DNA from: Actinomycetota bacterium
GTDB lineage: Bacteria; Actinomycetota; Actinomycetes; Nanopelagicales; Nanopelagicaceae
DNA length: 64,000 nucleotides
Assembly (NCBI GenBank): GCA_947490845.1
Contig: CANLHI010000003.1
Location: 2,774-66,773 of the forward strand
Reading direction: 5' to 3'
A model generated the notes under the pieces. It saw only the letters and a program-made list of their open reading frames with translations, searched no databases and was not told where the DNA came from. How positions within the stretch are numbered: the stretch's first letter is position 1; the number at the start of each line of letters is the position of its first letter. Positions 1 to 12,431 of this stretch are shown here, piece after piece. Position numbers and translations under genes: made by a program.

Positions 1-1017
1 AGAACGGCTAAGTTCGCGAAAGGCGTTCTTTGCTGCCTTAGCATCGGTAAATGGCACCAGCGCTTCGATCTCAATGATTAGTTCTTCGCGCTTTGCTAGG
101 TTTGCGGTCATAGAAACTTCGCGCTTTTCTAGGTCAGCGTTTTTGGCTGTGAAGAATTGATCCTGTGCTGCCTTGAACTTTGCCCAGAGTTTGGCGTCAT
201 CACTTGGCTTGCCACGACCTGCAGCCTTCCATTGATCCATCAAAGTTTTAAATTTGCGGGCGGTTGCAACCCAATCAGTTGATGTGGCTAGTGAAGATGC
301 TTCTTCAACGAGAGCCTTCTTGGCAGCCGATACCTTAGAGGTGATCTCTTCTAGGCTGGCAAAGTGGGTACGTCGGCGCTTATCAAACTTGTTACGTGAT
401 GCTGAAAAACGCTTCCACAAGTCGGCATCTGATTTTTTATCTAAACGAGGAGCAGACTTCCATTCGTCGAGAAGAGTCTTGAGACGTTCCCCGGTGACTT
501 TCCAATTTTCGGAGAGTGCAAGGGATTCGGCTTCTGCAACAATTTTTTCTTTCTCAACCAGAACTTGTTCACGGTGAGCAGCCTTGGCTGCTACTTCGAG
601 AGCTTTCTTTGCCTCGTATGCTTCACGATGGCCTTCAATTAAAGGCTCAATTTGTTCAACAGATAGTGAGAGAGCCTGCAAATCTCCAACGCCATTTAGC
701 TCGCGTACTTGTTGGCGTAGTTTCTTTACTGCTTCATATGCATCATCTGGAACGACTGCGCCACTTGTGATGCGTGCTGCAGTTAAGGCAACTTCAGATG
801 CCAGCGCTTCAAATTTGCGAACGAAATACTGCAACGCTTCTTCTGCAGTCTTTCCAGGGTATGAACCAACTGGTTTTTCACCTTCAGGCGTAATAACAAA
901 AACTGTTCCGTCATCTGCCACTCGACCAAATTTTGATGGATCACCTATCAAGGCACTTGCCGCACTTGGTGTTGCTGGTGCGATCTTTACTGATCCTGGA
1001 TTGATATTTTCGGTCAT
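1..1017 (-). CDS. DUF349 domain-containing protein (3' end runs off the window)
   Basis: Not in the ORF track. Manual reverse translation from ATG at 1017 begins MTENINPGSVKIAPATPSAASALIGDPSKFGRVADDGTVFVITPEGEKPVGSYPGKTAEEALQYFVRKFE, followed by helical repeats. Purine-rich RBS upstream; usual divergent neighbour of the MBL-hisS cluster in actinobacteria. Confidence 0.85.
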   Translation of the reverse strand, partial: MTENINPGSVKIAPATPSAASALIGDPSKFGRVADDGTVFVITPEGEKPVGSYPGKTAEEALQYFVRKFEALASEVALTAARITSGAVVPDDAYEAVKKLRQQVRELNGVGDLQALSLSVEQIEPLIEGHREAYEAKKALEVAAKAAHREQVLVEKEKIVAEAESLALSENWKVTGERLKTLLDEWKSAPRLDKKSDADLWKRFSASRNKFDKRRRTHFASLEEITSKVSAAKKALVEEASSLATSTDWVATARKFKTLMDQWKAAGRGKPSDDAKLWAKFKAAQDQFFTAKNADLEKREVSMTANLAKREELIIEIEALVPFTDAKAAKNAFRELSRS

Positions 1018-1159
1018 GGTTTTTCCCTTTCAGCGCGTCGGCTTTTCAGCCTTCGTTGTTTGAGTGTGCAGACGAGGTCTTGCGGAGATAAAAGGTACCC
1101 TGTCTTACTTATTGGGGAAAGTTCGCGCTCAGAAATACGGCAGAAATAGGGGTGATTTA

Positions 1160-1816
1160 ATGTTGGTGACTTCCTTCATCGCCCCAATGTTCGCCACAAA
1201 CTGTTGGGTTATCGCACCAGGTGCTGGTCAAGAGTGCATCATCATCGATCCCGGCATGCCAGATATCTCCCATGAGATAACTGCGCTAGTTGCTGAACAT
1301 GGCCTTAAGCCAGTTGCAACACTTATTACCCATGGCCATTTAGATCATACTTTTTCTGTGAAACCTCTAGCCGATGGTTATGGAATCTCGGCATATATAC
1401 ACACTGAAGATCGCGATCTACTCCTTCGTCCGCAAGCAGCACACGGTGCTGAATTCATAGCAACTCTAGATGCTATGGATTTCTCTGAACCCAATGAAGT
1501 TAAGAATTTGCGTCACGGTGATGAGATTGCAGTTCTAGATATGAAGATAACCGCTATCCATGCTCCAGGCCACACTCGGGGGAGCACGATGTTTAAGGTT
1601 AATGATGAGATTCTAATTAGTGGTGATGTGCTATTTGCAGGCTCTATTGGAAGGACGGATCTGCCATCGGGTTCACATGAAGCGATGGTTAAGACCCTAA
1701 AGACTCGGGTTCTGCCATTAAGTGATGACTTACGCGTACTTCCCGGTCATGGGCCAGAGACCACAATTAAATTCGAGCGAAAAAATAACCCTTATCTGAA
1801 AGAATTACGCACATGA
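1160..1816 (+). CDS. MBL-fold metallo-hydrolase (glyoxalase II-like)
   Basis: THGHLDH, APGHT, SGD and PGHG motifs. Start moved to ATG 1160 (MLVTSF). Confidence 0.9.
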   Translation: MLVTSFIAPMFATNCWVIAPGAGQECIIIDPGMPDISHEITALVAEHGLKPVATLITHGHLDHTFSVKPLADGYGISAYIHTEDRDLLLRPQAAHGAEFIATLDAMDFSEPNEVKNLRHGDEIAVLDMKITAIHAPGHTRGSTMFKVNDEILISGDVLFAGSIGRTDLPSGSHEAMVKTLKTRVLPLSDDLRVLPGHGPETTIKFERKNNPYLKELRT

Positions 1817-3075
1817 AGTACGAAAAGATACAAGCGCCTAAAGGGGTCAGTGAATACGGACCTCCGATGTCTGCTGCCTTTGAGTGGGTGCGTGAATCTT
1901 TAATTGCCCCAGCAAAATTGGCTGGCTATCAACTAATGGAATTACCGGTCTTTGAAGACACCGCTCTTTTCTCTCGCGGGGTTGGTGAATCAACAGATGT
2001 CGTGAGTAAAGAGATGTATACATTTGAAGATAGAGGTGGGCGTTCCCTAACTTTGCGCCCTGAAGGAACAGCAGGGGTCATGCGCGCAGTAATCGAAAGC
2101 GGACTCGACCGTGGACAACTGCCAGTTAAAGTTTGGTATTCAGGAGCTTTTTTTCGCGCCGAGCGTCCGCAAGCTGGTCGCTATCGTCAGTTCTACCAAG
2201 TTGGTATTGAAGCAATCGGTTTAGATGATCCAGCAATTGATGCTGAAGTAATTGCGATTGCGGATCAGGGATTTAAATCTTTGGGTCTGCGCAACTATCG
2301 ACTTGAAATCACTTCTTTGGGGGATAACGAATCCCGGTCGGCTCATCGCGTGGATCTACTTAAGTTTATTGCAACGTTAGATCTTGATGAGGCGACAAAA
2401 GAGCGTGCAGCGATAAACCCGCTTCGCTTATTCGATGACAAACGTCCCGAGATGCAGAAGGCGATGGCAGATGCGCCGTTGCTCCTTGATTATCTCTCGC
2501 AACAGTCGGCCGAGAATTTTCAGCAAGTAAAGAATTACCTTGATCAGCTTGGTATTGCCTATCAAGTAAATCCAAGGATGGTTCGTGGTTTGGATTATTA
2601 CACTGGAACTACATTCGAATTCATTCATGAAGGATTAGGTGCCCAATCTGGAATTGGTGGCGGAGGGCGCTATGACGGACTCATGGAGATTCTCGGCGGA
2701 CAAGCACTTTCTGGGATTGGATTCGGATTAGGCGTTGACCGAGCTCTTCTTGCGGCACAAGCCGAGGGAGTTTTAGTTGAGAACCAATTCTCCTCAGATC
2801 TATTTATAATCCCGCTAGGTGATAACCAAAAGTCTGTGGCACTTTCATTGGCGGCGCAATTACGTCTTGCCGGTATTCGCACCGAAATCGCATTTGGTGA
2901 TCGCGCGCTAAAAGGTGCGATGAAAGCTGCCGATAAGAGTGGATCTCGTTATGTAATTGTTCTCGGTGATTCCGAGGTTGCATCAGGGTCGGTCGAACTC
3001 AAACGCATGAGCGATGGCCTCTCTTCATCAGTTAAGATTGAGGAATTGCAGAAGGCTCTAACCGGAGCGCTCTGA
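1813..3075 (+). CDS. hisS: histidine--tRNA ligase
   Basis: [27 protein letters not shown] and GGGGRYDGL motifs. Confidence 0.98.
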   Translation: MKYEKIQAPKGVSEYGPPMSAAFEWVRESLIAPAKLAGYQLMELPVFEDTALFSRGVGESTDVVSKEMYTFEDRGGRSLTLRPEGTAGVMRAVIESGLDRGQLPVKVWYSGAFFRAERPQAGRYRQFYQVGIEAIGLDDPAIDAEVIAIADQGFKSLGLRNYRLEITSLGDNESRSAHRVDLLKFIATLDLDEATKERAAINPLRLFDDKRPEMQKAMADAPLLLDYLSQQSAENFQQVKNYLDQLGIAYQVNPRMVRGLDYYTGTTFEFIHEGLGAQSGIGGGGRYDGLMEILGGQALSGIGFGLGVDRALLAAQAEGVLVENQFSSDLFIIPLGDNQKSVALSLAAQLRLAGIRTEIAFGDRALKGAMKAADKSGSRYVIVLGDSEVASGSVELKRMSDGLSSSVKIEELQKALTGAL

Positions 3076-3107
3076 GCTATTTAACTTTCTAAGGTGGATT
3101 TTCTCCG

Positions 3108-4856
3108 ATGTTAAGAACACATGACGCTGGATCACTTCGAGCATCTCATGCCGGTCAGACTATTTCTCTGGCAGGTTGGGTGGCACGTCGTCGCGATCAC
3201 GGTGGTGTGGCATTTATCGACTTGCGTGATTCAACTGGGTCTGTTCAAGTTGTTATTCGGGACGAAGTTTTAGCGGGTTCGCTACGCGCTGAATGGTGCC
3301 TACAAATTACAGGTGAAGTAGTACTTCGCCCCGAAGGAAACGCTAATTCAACTCTGCCAACTGGTGCTATCGAAGTAATGGGCGATGACATTAAAGTGCT
3401 GAGCGAATCTGTTGCATTACCGTTTCCCGTAGATAGTGGAAACGACTCTGAAATATCGGAAGAAGTGCGTTTGAAGTATCGCTATCTAGATCTACGTCGC
3501 GAGAAGCCGGCCGCCAATTTGCGACTTCGCTCAAAAGTTACTTCAACTATTCGGCGCGTCATGGAAGATCTAGATTTCCTTGAAATTGAAACGCCTTATC
3601 TCACTCGCAGTACCCCTGAGGGCGCACGCGATTTCTTGGTTCCGGTTCGCCTGCAACCCGGAAGTTGGTATGCATTGCCGCAGTCACCGCAGTTATTTAA
3701 GCAGCTGCTAATGGTGGCGGGCATGGAACGGTATTACCAGATAGCACGTTGCTTCCGAGACGAAGATTTTCGCGCAGATCGTCAACCAGAATTTACGCAA
3801 TTAGATATTGAAATGTCATTTATTGATCAGGCAGATATTTTATCCGTTGCCGAAAAACTCTTGGTAAAGATTTGGAAAGAAGCAGTTGGATTTGATATAC
3901 CGACACCGATTCGGCATATGACATATGCCGATGCAATGCAGAATTACGGATCAGATAAACCAGATTTGCGATTTGATTTACAAATCATCGAACAGACAGC
4001 GTTCTTTGCAAAGACAGAATTTAGAGTCTTTCAGGCGCCATATGTTGGCAGTGTTGTAATGCCAGGAGGCGCAACCTCGCCACGTCGCGAATTAGATGCT
4101 TGGCAAGATTGGGCAAAGGCGCGCGGGGCTAAAGGCTTGGCATACATTCTCGTTAATGAAGATGGAACTCTCGGTGGTCCAGTTTCAAAGAATATTTCTG
4201 AAGTAGAACAGAGTGGAATTGTTGCAGCCGCAGGAGCAAAGGCTGGAGATGCGATCTTCTTCGCAGCGGGTGAGCGAAGTGCATCACTTGCACTCCTTGG
4301 TGCGGTACGTCTTGAAATTGGTAAGCGTTGCAATTTAATAAATGAGGGCGCTTGGGAGTTTCTCTGGGTAGTCGATGCGCCGATGTTTGAACCAACTGAA
4401 AACGGTGGCTGGACTGCGGTGCACCATCCCTTCACTGGTCCTAAACCAGAGTTTGCTAAGAGTTTTGCTAGTGATCCAGCTAGTGCATTGGCATATGCCT
4501 ATGACATAGTTCTAAACGGTACCGAACTAGGTGGTGGATCAATTCGTATTCATGACCGAGAGATACAGAAAGATGTATTTACGGTTATTGGTTTAAGTGA
4601 TGATGAAGCGGCAAGCAAATTTGGCTTCTTACTTGAGGCATTTAATTACGGGCCGCCTCCTCATGGTGGAATCGCACTTGGACTCGATCGAGTATGTGCG
4701 CTTTTAACGGGCAGTGACTCAATTCGCGAAGTAATCGCTTTTCCAAAGACTGCCAGCGGGGGAGATCCACTTACTGGCGCTCCCACTCCGATTACTCCAG
4801 CACAGCGTAAAGAAAGTGGCGTTGACGCAGCCACAAAGGTAGAAGCCCAGAAGTAA
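3108..4856 (+). CDS. aspS: aspartate--tRNA(Asp/Asn) ligase, probably non-discriminating
   Basis: [23 protein letters not shown] and [12 protein letters not shown] motifs. His in RRDHGG and Gly in RPEGNAN are non-discriminating-type signatures. Confidence 0.97.
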   Translation: MLRTHDAGSLRASHAGQTISLAGWVARRRDHGGVAFIDLRDSTGSVQVVIRDEVLAGSLRAEWCLQITGEVVLRPEGNANSTLPTGAIEVMGDDIKVLSESVALPFPVDSGNDSEISEEVRLKYRYLDLRREKPAANLRLRSKVTSTIRRVMEDLDFLEIETPYLTRSTPEGARDFLVPVRLQPGSWYALPQSPQLFKQLLMVAGMERYYQIARCFRDEDFRADRQPEFTQLDIEMSFIDQADILSVAEKLLVKIWKEAVGFDIPTPIRHMTYADAMQNYGSDKPDLRFDLQIIEQTAFFAKTEFRVFQAPYVGSVVMPGGATSPRRELDAWQDWAKARGAKGLAYILVNEDGTLGGPVSKNISEVEQSGIVAAAGAKAGDAIFFAAGERSASLALLGAVRLEIGKRCNLINEGAWEFLWVVDAPMFEPTENGGWTAVHHPFTGPKPEFAKSFASDPASALAYAYDIVLNGTELGGGSIRIHDREIQKDVFTVIGLSDDEAASKFGFLLEAFNYGPPPHGGIALGLDRVCALLTGSDSIREVIAFPKTASGGDPLTGAPTPITPAQRKESGVDAATKVEAQK

Positions 4857-4907
4857 AGGCCTTCTCAGGTAGGCTAGAGATAGATTTAAAACTAAGTGAG
4901 GATATAA

Positions 4908-5279
4908 ATGGTTACCGGTCCAGGAGGAGTTGCAACGATTATTGCTGCCTGCTCACTTCTCGTGATTGCCATTGCAGTTTCATACGCTGTTATCCGTATC
5001 GGACGCTTAATTGATGAAGCAAAGGTCTCGCTTAAGGTTTTAACGCAAGAGGCTGCTCCGCTAATTCACGAGTCGACTCGCACAGTTGAGCTCATTAATA
5101 GCCCGTTGGAAAGTTTTGCACGCATCACAAAAAATGTTGAGGATGTAACAACGAAAGTAGCGGATGCAACAACTGGATTTATGGATAAGAGTGGACCTGC
5201 AGTGAAGGTTGCCGGTGCGCTAATTAGTGCAGCAGGCATGAGCAAATCGCGCTCAAAAAAGAAGAAGAAGGCGGAGTGA
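4908..5279 (+). CDS. DUF948-family small membrane protein
   Basis: N-terminal hydrophobic helix, then coiled coil and a basic tail. Typical position upstream of alaS. Confidence 0.75.
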   Translation: MVTGPGGVATIIAACSLLVIAIAVSYAVIRIGRLIDEAKVSLKVLTQEAAPLIHESTRTVELINSPLESFARITKNVEDVTTKVADATTGFMDKSGPAVKVAGALISAAGMSKSRSKKKKKAE

Positions 5280-5288
5280 TCCCCAACA

Positions 5289-7964
5289 GTGGAATCCGCC
5301 GAGATCCGTTCGCGCTGGCTGCGCTTCTTTGAAAGTGATAACCGAGAAGGTTTAACTCACACAGTTGTCCCATCTGCTTCACTTATTGCCGATGATCCCA
5401 ACCTCTTGTTGGTAAATGCGGGCATGGTTCCATTTAAGCCTTATTTTCTTGGCGAAGTCACTCCGCCTTATAAGCGTGCAACATCGGTGCAAAAGTGTGT
5501 TCGTACTCTCGACATTGACGAAGTTGGAAAGACCACTCGTCACGCCTCTTTTTTCCAGATGTGCGGCAACTTTTCATTCGGTGATTACTTTAAAGAGGGT
5601 GCAATAGCACTAGCTTGGGATTTATTGACTAGACCGATTGCCGATGGTGGATATGGCTTCCCGGAAAATAAATTGTGGGTCACTGTCTATCTAACTGATG
5701 ATGAGGCTGCTGATATCTGGCATAAGAAAATTGGTATTCCAAAGGAGCGAATTCAGCGTCGCGACATGGCTGATAACTTCTGGTCAATGGGCGTTCCTGG
5801 TCCATGCGGTCCATGTTCTGAAATCTATTTTGATCGCGGTCCTGCCTACGGTCGCGATGGTGGACCAATTGCTGATGAGAATAGATATCTAGAAATTTGG
5901 AATTTGGTCTTCATGCAAAATGAACGTGGAGCCGGCGGCGGTAAGGATGACTTCCCGATTCTTGGAGAACTGCCCGCTAAGAGTATTGATACTGGCTTAG
6001 GGCTGGAACGTACCGCAGCACTTTTGCAGGGTGTGGAAAATATTTACGAGATTGATACGACGATGCAGATCTTATCCAAAGCGATGGCTCTTTCAGGAGT
6101 TAAGTACGGTAAAGATGAAAAGACAGATATCTCCCTACGCGTTATCGCAGATCACGCACGAACTTCTGCCATGTTAATTGGAGACGGTGTGACACCGGGT
6201 AATGAAGGCCGCGGCTATGTTCTTCGTCGGATGATGCGCAGAACTATCCGAAATATGCGTCTTCTGGGAACAAATGATGCGGTGATGTCCGAACTTACCT
6301 CGGCCGCTATTGGTGCAATGGGTGCTCAGTATCCGGAACTGATCTCAGATCAGATGCGAATCCTAGAAGTTTCTATCTCAGAAGAAGAATCTTTTCTGCA
6401 GACGCTTAAGAGTGGAACTCAGATCTTCAATATTGCATCCTCAGAACTAAAGAGCAAGAAAGTAAATGTTTTGCCGGGCGAAGAAGTTTTCAAATTACAC
6501 GACACATATGGATTCCCATTTGATTTAACGTTAGAAATGGCACGCGAGCAAGGCTTAGAAGTTGATGAGGCTGGATTTACGCGTCTAATGAAGGAACAAC
6601 GCGATCGAGCCAAGGCTGATGCCAAGGCGAAGAAGAGCGGTCATACTGATTTAAGTGAGTATAAAAAGATTGTCGATTCCCATGGCGCAACTGAATTCGT
6701 TGGCTATGCCAATCTTTCAGCAGAGTCAAAGATCAACGGGATCCTTCTCGATGGAGTTAGCGTGAAGAGCGCGCAGGCCGGCGATGATGTTGAGGTGGTT
6801 TTAGAGCGAACTCCTTTCTATGCTGAAGGTGGCGGCCAATTAGCAGATGGTGGACGAATTACTTTAGGAAACGGCGCTGTCATTGAAATTGATGATGTGC
6901 AAAGTCCTGTGACCGGGCTGTCGGTGCATCGCGGACGAGTTCTCTCTGGCGCGCTAACAATTGGTGAACCGGCATTGGCAGAGATTGATCAAGAACGTCG
7001 CAACGCAATCTCGCGTGCACACACTGCAACACATATGGTTCACAAAGCATTCCGCGAGGTCCTAGGTGAGACGGCAACGCAAGCTGGTTCTGAGAATTCA
7101 CCGGGTCGATTCCGTTTTGATTTCCCCGCTACTGGAGCGCTTTCAGAGGGTGTTCTTGATGAAGTTGAAGCACGCGTTAATACTCTGCTCTTAGATAATC
7201 TTGAAGTAAGTGCTGAAGTTATGTCTCAGGATGAGGCTAAAAAACTGGGCGCGATGGCCTTGTTCGGAGAAAAATACGGTGATCGAGTACGCGTCGTAAG
7301 CGTTGGAGATTGGGCCCGCGAACTTTGCGGTGGAACCCATGTTGCTCGCTCAGGACAGTTGGGCGTAATTAAATTACTGAGTGAGTCATCGATTGGCGCG
7401 GGTGTTCGTCGCGTAGAAGCAGTTGTTGGCGTAGATGCTTATCGATTCCTAGCAAGAGAGCATATGTTGCTCAATTCCTTAACTGGACTCATCAAAGGTT
7501 CACGAACAGAGGAACTTCCGGAACGTATTTCTGATCTGTTAGCCAAGATGAAAGATATAGAGAAGGAGCTAGCGGCGCTGCGATCAGCATCGGCGATGTC
7601 TGATCTTTCATCCGTTGCTGCGCAGGCGAAGAATCTTGGTGGAACAAGCGTAATTCTGACTAAGGTCGCCGAAGGAATCGTCGTGGATGATCTGCGCAAG
7701 ATCGCACTTGATCTACGTAATCGAAGCGCGGATTCCGTTGTCGGATTAATAAGTGTTTGTGAAGGTAAACCAGTTCTTGTCGTTGCGGTCAGTGAGGCTG
7801 CGCGCGCTAAAGGTCATAAAGCGGGAGCACTGGTGAAGATTGGATCGACAGTTCTTGGCGGTGGCGGCGGCGGTAAAGATGATTTTGCGCAAGGCGGCGG
7901 TACCGCAGTCTCGGAGATAGACGCGGCGCTTGTTGCGATAGAACAATCACTCGCAGGCAAGTAA
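5289..7964 (+). CDS. alaS: alanine--tRNA ligase
   Basis: [19 protein letters not shown]...ELCGGTH editing motif, C-terminal GGGGGK...AQGG. Confidence 0.98.
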   Translation: MESAEIRSRWLRFFESDNREGLTHTVVPSASLIADDPNLLLVNAGMVPFKPYFLGEVTPPYKRATSVQKCVRTLDIDEVGKTTRHASFFQMCGNFSFGDYFKEGAIALAWDLLTRPIADGGYGFPENKLWVTVYLTDDEAADIWHKKIGIPKERIQRRDMADNFWSMGVPGPCGPCSEIYFDRGPAYGRDGGPIADENRYLEIWNLVFMQNERGAGGGKDDFPILGELPAKSIDTGLGLERTAALLQGVENIYEIDTTMQILSKAMALSGVKYGKDEKTDISLRVIADHARTSAMLIGDGVTPGNEGRGYVLRRMMRRTIRNMRLLGTNDAVMSELTSAAIGAMGAQYPELISDQMRILEVSISEEESFLQTLKSGTQIFNIASSELKSKKVNVLPGEEVFKLHDTYGFPFDLTLEMAREQGLEVDEAGFTRLMKEQRDRAKADAKAKKSGHTDLSEYKKIVDSHGATEFVGYANLSAESKINGILLDGVSVKSAQAGDDVEVVLERTPFYAEGGGQLADGGRITLGNGAVIEIDDVQSPVTGLSVHRGRVLSGALTIGEPALAEIDQERRNAISRAHTATHMVHKAFREVLGETATQAGSENSPGRFRFDFPATGALSEGVLDEVEARVNTLLLDNLEVSAEVMSQDEAKKLGAMALFGEKYGDRVRVVSVGDWARELCGGTHVARSGQLGVIKLLSESSIGAGVRRVEAVVGVDAYRFLAREHMLLNSLTGLIKGSRTEELPERISDLLAKMKDIEKELAALRSASAMSDLSSVAAQAKNLGGTSVILTKVAEGIVVDDLRKIALDLRNRSADSVVGLISVCEGKPVLVVAVSEAARAKGHKAGALVKIGSTVLGGGGGGKDDFAQGGGTAVSEIDAALVAIEQSLAGK

Positions 7965-8386
7965 TGTCACGCATCGGCCGTCGAATTGCCTTCGACTATG
8001 GCGACGTTCGAATCGGTGTAGCGGTCTGTGATCCGGATGGGATTTTGGCTACTCCGCTAGCAACTTTGCGAAGTAAAGATTCACAGTTAAAGAAACAAAT
8101 AGCAGAATTAATTGAAGAGCACGAACCAACAAAATTCTATGTTGGCCAACCTAAACTGCTAAGTGGCGAAGACGGGTCTGCTGTTGCCAAGGTTTTAATC
8201 TTTACTGAGATGCTAACTTCAAGCTTTGATATCCCTGTAGCAATGGTGGATGAGCGCCTTTCCACGGTTTCAGCGAATAGGCAGTTACGCGAATCTGGAG
8301 TGAACGCAAAGGATGCTCGTTCAGTAATCGATGCTGCTGCCGCAGTTGCAATTCTTGAACAAGGCTTGGCCAATGATCGAAAATAG
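7964..8386 (+). CDS. ruvX: YqgF/RuvX family nuclease
   Basis: FDYGDVRIGVA, DERLST and IDAAAAVAIL motifs; follows alaS. Confidence 0.95.
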   Translation: MSRIGRRIAFDYGDVRIGVAVCDPDGILATPLATLRSKDSQLKKQIAELIEEHEPTKFYVGQPKLLSGEDGSAVAKVLIFTEMLTSSFDIPVAMVDERLSTVSANRQLRESGVNAKDARSVIDAAAAVAILEQGLANDRK

Positions 8387-9407
8387 ATCATCACTATTGA
8401 GAGTGATTGCAGCCTTTACAGTGGTTTTTCTCCTTACTGGCGGAGTACATCAGATTAGATCTGGAGTATCTTCTGCGCCAGACTTCTCTTGCACCTCTGA
8501 TTTAGGAGCAGATGTTTCGATCGAAATTGCTAAGGGTGCAACCGGTTCAGATATTGCACTACAACTTTATGAAGCAGGAGTACTTAAATCTAGCTCGTCT
8601 TTTTTCAGATTGGCAGTTGCTGATAAGAGATCGGCGATGATCGCACCGGGCGCTCACCTGATTAGTAAAGAGATATGCGCGGTAGATGCCCTTAGCCAAC
8701 TGCTAGATCCTAAACGTATTGCTGGGTTAATTAACATAGTCGAGGGTGCGTGGAACTCTGAAGTGTTCGAATCTATGATCGCAGCTGGATTCAAGCAAAG
8801 TGATATCAAGAAAGCTGTCTCCGAGATTCAATTACCTGGAGAATTCAAGTCCTTGGAGGGCTTGCTTTTCCCCGCCCAGTATTCTTTCGCGAAGGGCACA
8901 ACCGCTACTGATGCCTTGCAAGAAATGATAGATCGCGCAATAACTGAGCTATCTAAGAGTGGCGTTACTACAAGTGCTGGGAAATATAGCGCTCAGAAGT
9001 TACTAACGATGGCATCTATTATTCAGGCCGAAGGCAAGACTGAGGACTTTACAAAGATTTCGCGAGTAATCCTTAACCGTCTAGAAAAGGGCATGCCCTT
9101 ACAGATGGATTCCACCGTGCACTATGTTCAAAAGGCTAGAGGCGATATTTTTTTGAGTACCAAATCAACTCTTCTAAAATCCGAGTACAACACCTACCGA
9201 GAGTATGGTCTACCCCCGGGTCCTATTGGTAACCCAGGCTTCGATGCCATGTTCGCAGCTGCCAACCCAGCGTCAGGTGACTGGATCTATTTCGTCACAG
9301 TTGCTCCAAGTGATACACGGTTCACGGCTTCTTATGACCAGTTCTCAACCTGGAAGATAGAATATAAAAAGAATTTACGTGCCGGCCTATTTGGGAGTTC
9401 GAAATGA
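8373..9407 (+). CDS. mltG: endolytic transglycosylase MltG
   Basis: N-terminal TM, LEGLLFPAQY, ASIIQAE, LQMDST and YNTY...GLPPGPIGNPG. Confidence 0.93.
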   Translation: MIENRSSLLRVIAAFTVVFLLTGGVHQIRSGVSSAPDFSCTSDLGADVSIEIAKGATGSDIALQLYEAGVLKSSSSFFRLAVADKRSAMIAPGAHLISKEICAVDALSQLLDPKRIAGLINIVEGAWNSEVFESMIAAGFKQSDIKKAVSEIQLPGEFKSLEGLLFPAQYSFAKGTTATDALQEMIDRAITELSKSGVTTSAGKYSAQKLLTMASIIQAEGKTEDFTKISRVILNRLEKGMPLQMDSTVHYVQKARGDIFLSTKSTLLKSEYNTYREYGLPPGPIGNPGFDAMFAAANPASGDWIYFVTVAPSDTRFTASYDQFSTWKIEYKKNLRAGLFGSSK

Positions 9408-10225
9408 GTGAAAAAGTGTTGAAAGGTGCGGTCCTCGGTTTTCCTATAGAGCACTCGCTTTCTCCACTTCTACACAAGAGCGCATTTAAGCTCTTGGATA
9501 TTGCAGGCGACTACACAGCGATCGAAGTTCGAAGTGGAAACCTTGAAAAATTTCTAATCGATCAGGGTTCTGATTTTGACTATTTTTCGTTGACTATGCC
9601 GTTGAAAGAGGAAGCGCTCGAATTGGGAATTTCGATTGAGATAGATGAATTGGGACAGCGTATTCAATCGCTGAACACCTTAGTAAATCGCGATGGCCAA
9701 TGGTCAGCAACGAGTACAGATGGTTCTGGATTTTTAAAGTCTTTAACTAACGCTGGCTATGATCGTTTTGAAAGAGTTTTGATTCTTGGCGCTGGGGGAA
9801 CTGCGCGCGCTGTCGCTGGGGCACTTGATGATATTTCAGATAGCGTTGATGTAATGCGCCGAAGCGTGCGCCGCAGTGCTGCGATTGCGGCGTGTTTTAC
9901 CAAGATCGAATGCGAATTCTTGGATTGGGATGATCAAATTGATTTGAGAAATTACGACTTGGTGGTCAACACAACACCTTCAGGGGCTGCTGACCTAGTT
10001 GCCGATAATTTACCAACCCGCATAGATGCCGTCTTATTTGATGTTTTATATAAACCTTGGCCAACGCTTTTGGCTCGGAGATGGAGCGATGCTGGCGGTA
10101 GAACGATTAGTGGCCTAGAACTTTTGCTTTACCAAGGTATTGACCAACTGAATTTAGTGACACCAATGAGCGATCGTTCAATAGATAATGAATTACGTAT
10201 TGTGCTTTCCAAGGCGATTGGTTAA
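9404..10225 (+). CDS. aroE: shikimate dehydrogenase
   Basis: HSLSPLLH, LTMPLK, GAGGTARA and NTTP motifs. Confidence 0.93.
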   Translation: MSEKVLKGAVLGFPIEHSLSPLLHKSAFKLLDIAGDYTAIEVRSGNLEKFLIDQGSDFDYFSLTMPLKEEALELGISIEIDELGQRIQSLNTLVNRDGQWSATSTDGSGFLKSLTNAGYDRFERVLILGAGGTARAVAGALDDISDSVDVMRRSVRRSAAIAACFTKIECEFLDWDDQIDLRNYDLVVNTTPSGAADLVADNLPTRIDAVLFDVLYKPWPTLLARRWSDAGGRTISGLELLLYQGIDQLNLVTPMSDRSIDNELRIVLSKAIG

Positions 10226-10272
10226 TCCACAGACCTTAATGGCCCACGTCTTCTGGGGGTTATTGTTCCGAG

Positions 10273-10671
10273 ATGTACGCAGCACTTATTCTTATCTCGC
10301 TCTACATTTCCTTAGAAGATTTTCGCCACCATCGCATTTCAAATCGGGTGCTATTAATTAGCCTTGGATCTCTTCTTGTAATTAGCTTCATCACCCATAC
10401 GGATATACATCCATTATCGGCTCTATCAGTTCTACCTCTCACACCGTTTACTTTGCAGGCTGGAATCGGTGCTGGAGATATGAAGTTACTGACTGTCCTA
10501 GCCTTCTTCTTCATTCCATTAACTTGGGAGATGGCCGCTGATTTTATTTTTTCCTTTACCTTGATATCTGCCGTGCTCTTGGCTAGTGCACTGGCCAGAT
10601 CACACTCTTTCGCTGGATCTATCGCTTTAGCACCAGCTATTTGTGGCGCGGTAATTTGGTGCGCAAGATAG
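10273..10671 (+). CDS. short A24-family (prepilin) peptidase
   Basis: Hydrophobic. EDFRHHRISN and GAGDMKL carry the two catalytic Asp. Position between aroE and aroC also occurs in mycobacteria. Confidence 0.8.
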   Translation: MYAALILISLYISLEDFRHHRISNRVLLISLGSLLVISFITHTDIHPLSALSVLPLTPFTLQAGIGAGDMKLLTVLAFFFIPLTWEMAADFIFSFTLISAVLLASALARSHSFAGSIALAPAICGAVIWCAR

Positions 10672-10696
10672 CGCTTTGATCTGACACAATATGCCA

Positions 10697-11878
10697 ATGC
10701 GTTGGCTTACAGCAGGTGAATCCCATGGACAAGCCCTTTCGGCAATTATCGAAGGAATCCCGGCGAACATATCACTTACTTCAGAAAATATTGATTATCA
10801 TCTTGCGCGCAGACGTTTAGGTTTTGGTCGCGGTGCACGACAGAACTTCGAAGCAGATAAAATCACGATTCTTGGTGGTATTCGATTAGGCATCACACAA
10901 GGTGGCCCAATATCGATTCAAGTTGGTAACTCGGAATGGCCAAAATGGGAAAAGGTTATGTCAGCCGATCCGGTACCTGAAGAAGAGATAAAAGATTTAG
11001 CGCGCAATGCCCCACTAACGCGCCCTCGTCCAGGTCACGCTGATTTAGTCGGAATGCAGAAGTACGATTTTGATGACGCGCGACCTATCTTGGAGAGAGC
11101 TAGCGCGCGCGAAACTGCGGCACGAGTAGCACTCGGTGCGGTTGCTCGAGCATTTCTTGAACAGAGCGTTGGTATCACAATCCTTAGCCACGTAGTTTCA
11201 ATCGGTCAGGTAAGAATTCCTGAAGGAACGCCGCTGCCATTACAAGGCGACATGGAACGCATAGATGCTGATCCGGTTCGTTGTTCTGACGCTGCCACAA
11301 GTGCGCTGATGATTACCGAGATCGAGTCTGCGCATTCTGACGGAGACACTCTTGGTGGTGTGTGTGAAGTTTTGGCATTTAACATGCCACCCGGACTCGG
11401 ATCCTATGTTCATTCAGATCGACGACTGGATGCCAAACTCGCTGGTGCGATGATGGGTATTCAAGCAATTAAGGGCGTTGAAATTGGTGACGGATTCTTA
11501 ACATCTACTCGCCGCGGATCAGTGGCACATGATGAAATCGAACGTGGTAGCGATGGTTTGATCAAACGGCGCACCGATCGTGCTGGCGGCACTGAAGGTG
11601 GAATGTCCAACGGTGAAATCTTGCGCGTTAGCGTTGCGATGAAACCAATTTCAACAGTCCCGAAAGCCCTAGATACGATCGATGTTAAAACTGGCGAAGC
11701 AGCAAAAGCCATTAATCAAAGATCAGATGTTTGTGCAGTCCCGGCTGCTGGAGTAGTTGCCGAAGCTATGGCCGCACTTGTCTTGGCGGAAGCGGTTCTC
11801 GAGAAATTTGGTGGAGATAGCGTTAGTGAGACTCGTCGTAATTTCGAGTCTTACATGGCGAATTTACGTTTTAAGTAG
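10697..11878 (+). CDS. aroC: chorismate synthase
   Basis: [21 protein letters not shown] and RSDVC motifs. Alternative start at 10691. Confidence 0.98.
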   Translation: MRWLTAGESHGQALSAIIEGIPANISLTSENIDYHLARRRLGFGRGARQNFEADKITILGGIRLGITQGGPISIQVGNSEWPKWEKVMSADPVPEEEIKDLARNAPLTRPRPGHADLVGMQKYDFDDARPILERASARETAARVALGAVARAFLEQSVGITILSHVVSIGQVRIPEGTPLPLQGDMERIDADPVRCSDAATSALMITEIESAHSDGDTLGGVCEVLAFNMPPGLGSYVHSDRRLDAKLAGAMMGIQAIKGVEIGDGFLTSTRRGSVAHDEIERGSDGLIKRRTDRAGGTEGGMSNGEILRVSVAMKPISTVPKALDTIDVKTGEAAKAINQRSDVCAVPAAGVVAEAMAALVLAEAVLEKFGGDSVSETRRNFESYMANLRFK

Positions 11879-11884
11879 CCTTAG

Positions 11885-12400
11885 ATGAGTAAATCAATAA
11901 TTTTAATTGGACCTCCAGGCGCAGGTAAAAGCACCATTGGTAAACAACTCGCACGCACACTCAACTGTTCATTCACTGATACCGATGAGATCATTGAAGC
12001 GCAGACTGGTTCGACAATTTCCCAAATATTTATTGATCAAGGTGAGCCTCGGTTTCGTGAATTAGAAGTTGAGGTAGTTCTCAAAGCTGTTGCAGAAATT
12101 GACGGAGTTCTCTCACTTGGTGGTGGAGCTCCCTTATCGCAACCCGCTCAAGATTTGCTGCAAAGTATTTCAACTCCAGTTATTTTCCTAGACGTATCTT
12201 TGGCCACGGCAGCTCCACGAGTGGGATTTAATCGCGATCGTCCACTGTTGTTAAATAATCCGCGAGCCGCCTGGCAAACGCTAATGGAGCAACGCCGACC
12301 CATCTACGAGTCGATTGCAACGCATATCGTTGCAGTGGACGGGCTGACGCCTAGGGAAGTTGCGGGAAAGATTAGTGAAATCCTTGGTGAAACTACGTGA
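11885..12400 (+). CDS. aroK: shikimate kinase
   Basis: GPPGAGKSTIG P-loop, LSLGGG and RPLL. Confidence 0.96.
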   Translation: MSKSIILIGPPGAGKSTIGKQLARTLNCSFTDTDEIIEAQTGSTISQIFIDQGEPRFRELEVEVVLKAVAEIDGVLSLGGGAPLSQPAQDLLQSISTPVIFLDVSLATAAPRVGFNRDRPLLLNNPRAAWQTLMEQRRPIYESIATHIVAVDGLTPREVAGKISEILGETT

Positions 12401-12431
12401 GTGCTAAGTCATCTGTTGTTAGGCTTGTTCA

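Noticed and set aside
254-1063. Plus-strand ORFs 254-577, 516-770 and 584-1063
   Set aside because: They are antisense shadows of the minus-strand DUF349 gene and have no recognisable motifs.
10273-10671. A24 peptidase as a marker of a pilus or competence locus
   Set aside because: No pilin or assembly genes nearby; the aroE-peptidase-aroC position is conserved in actinobacteria.
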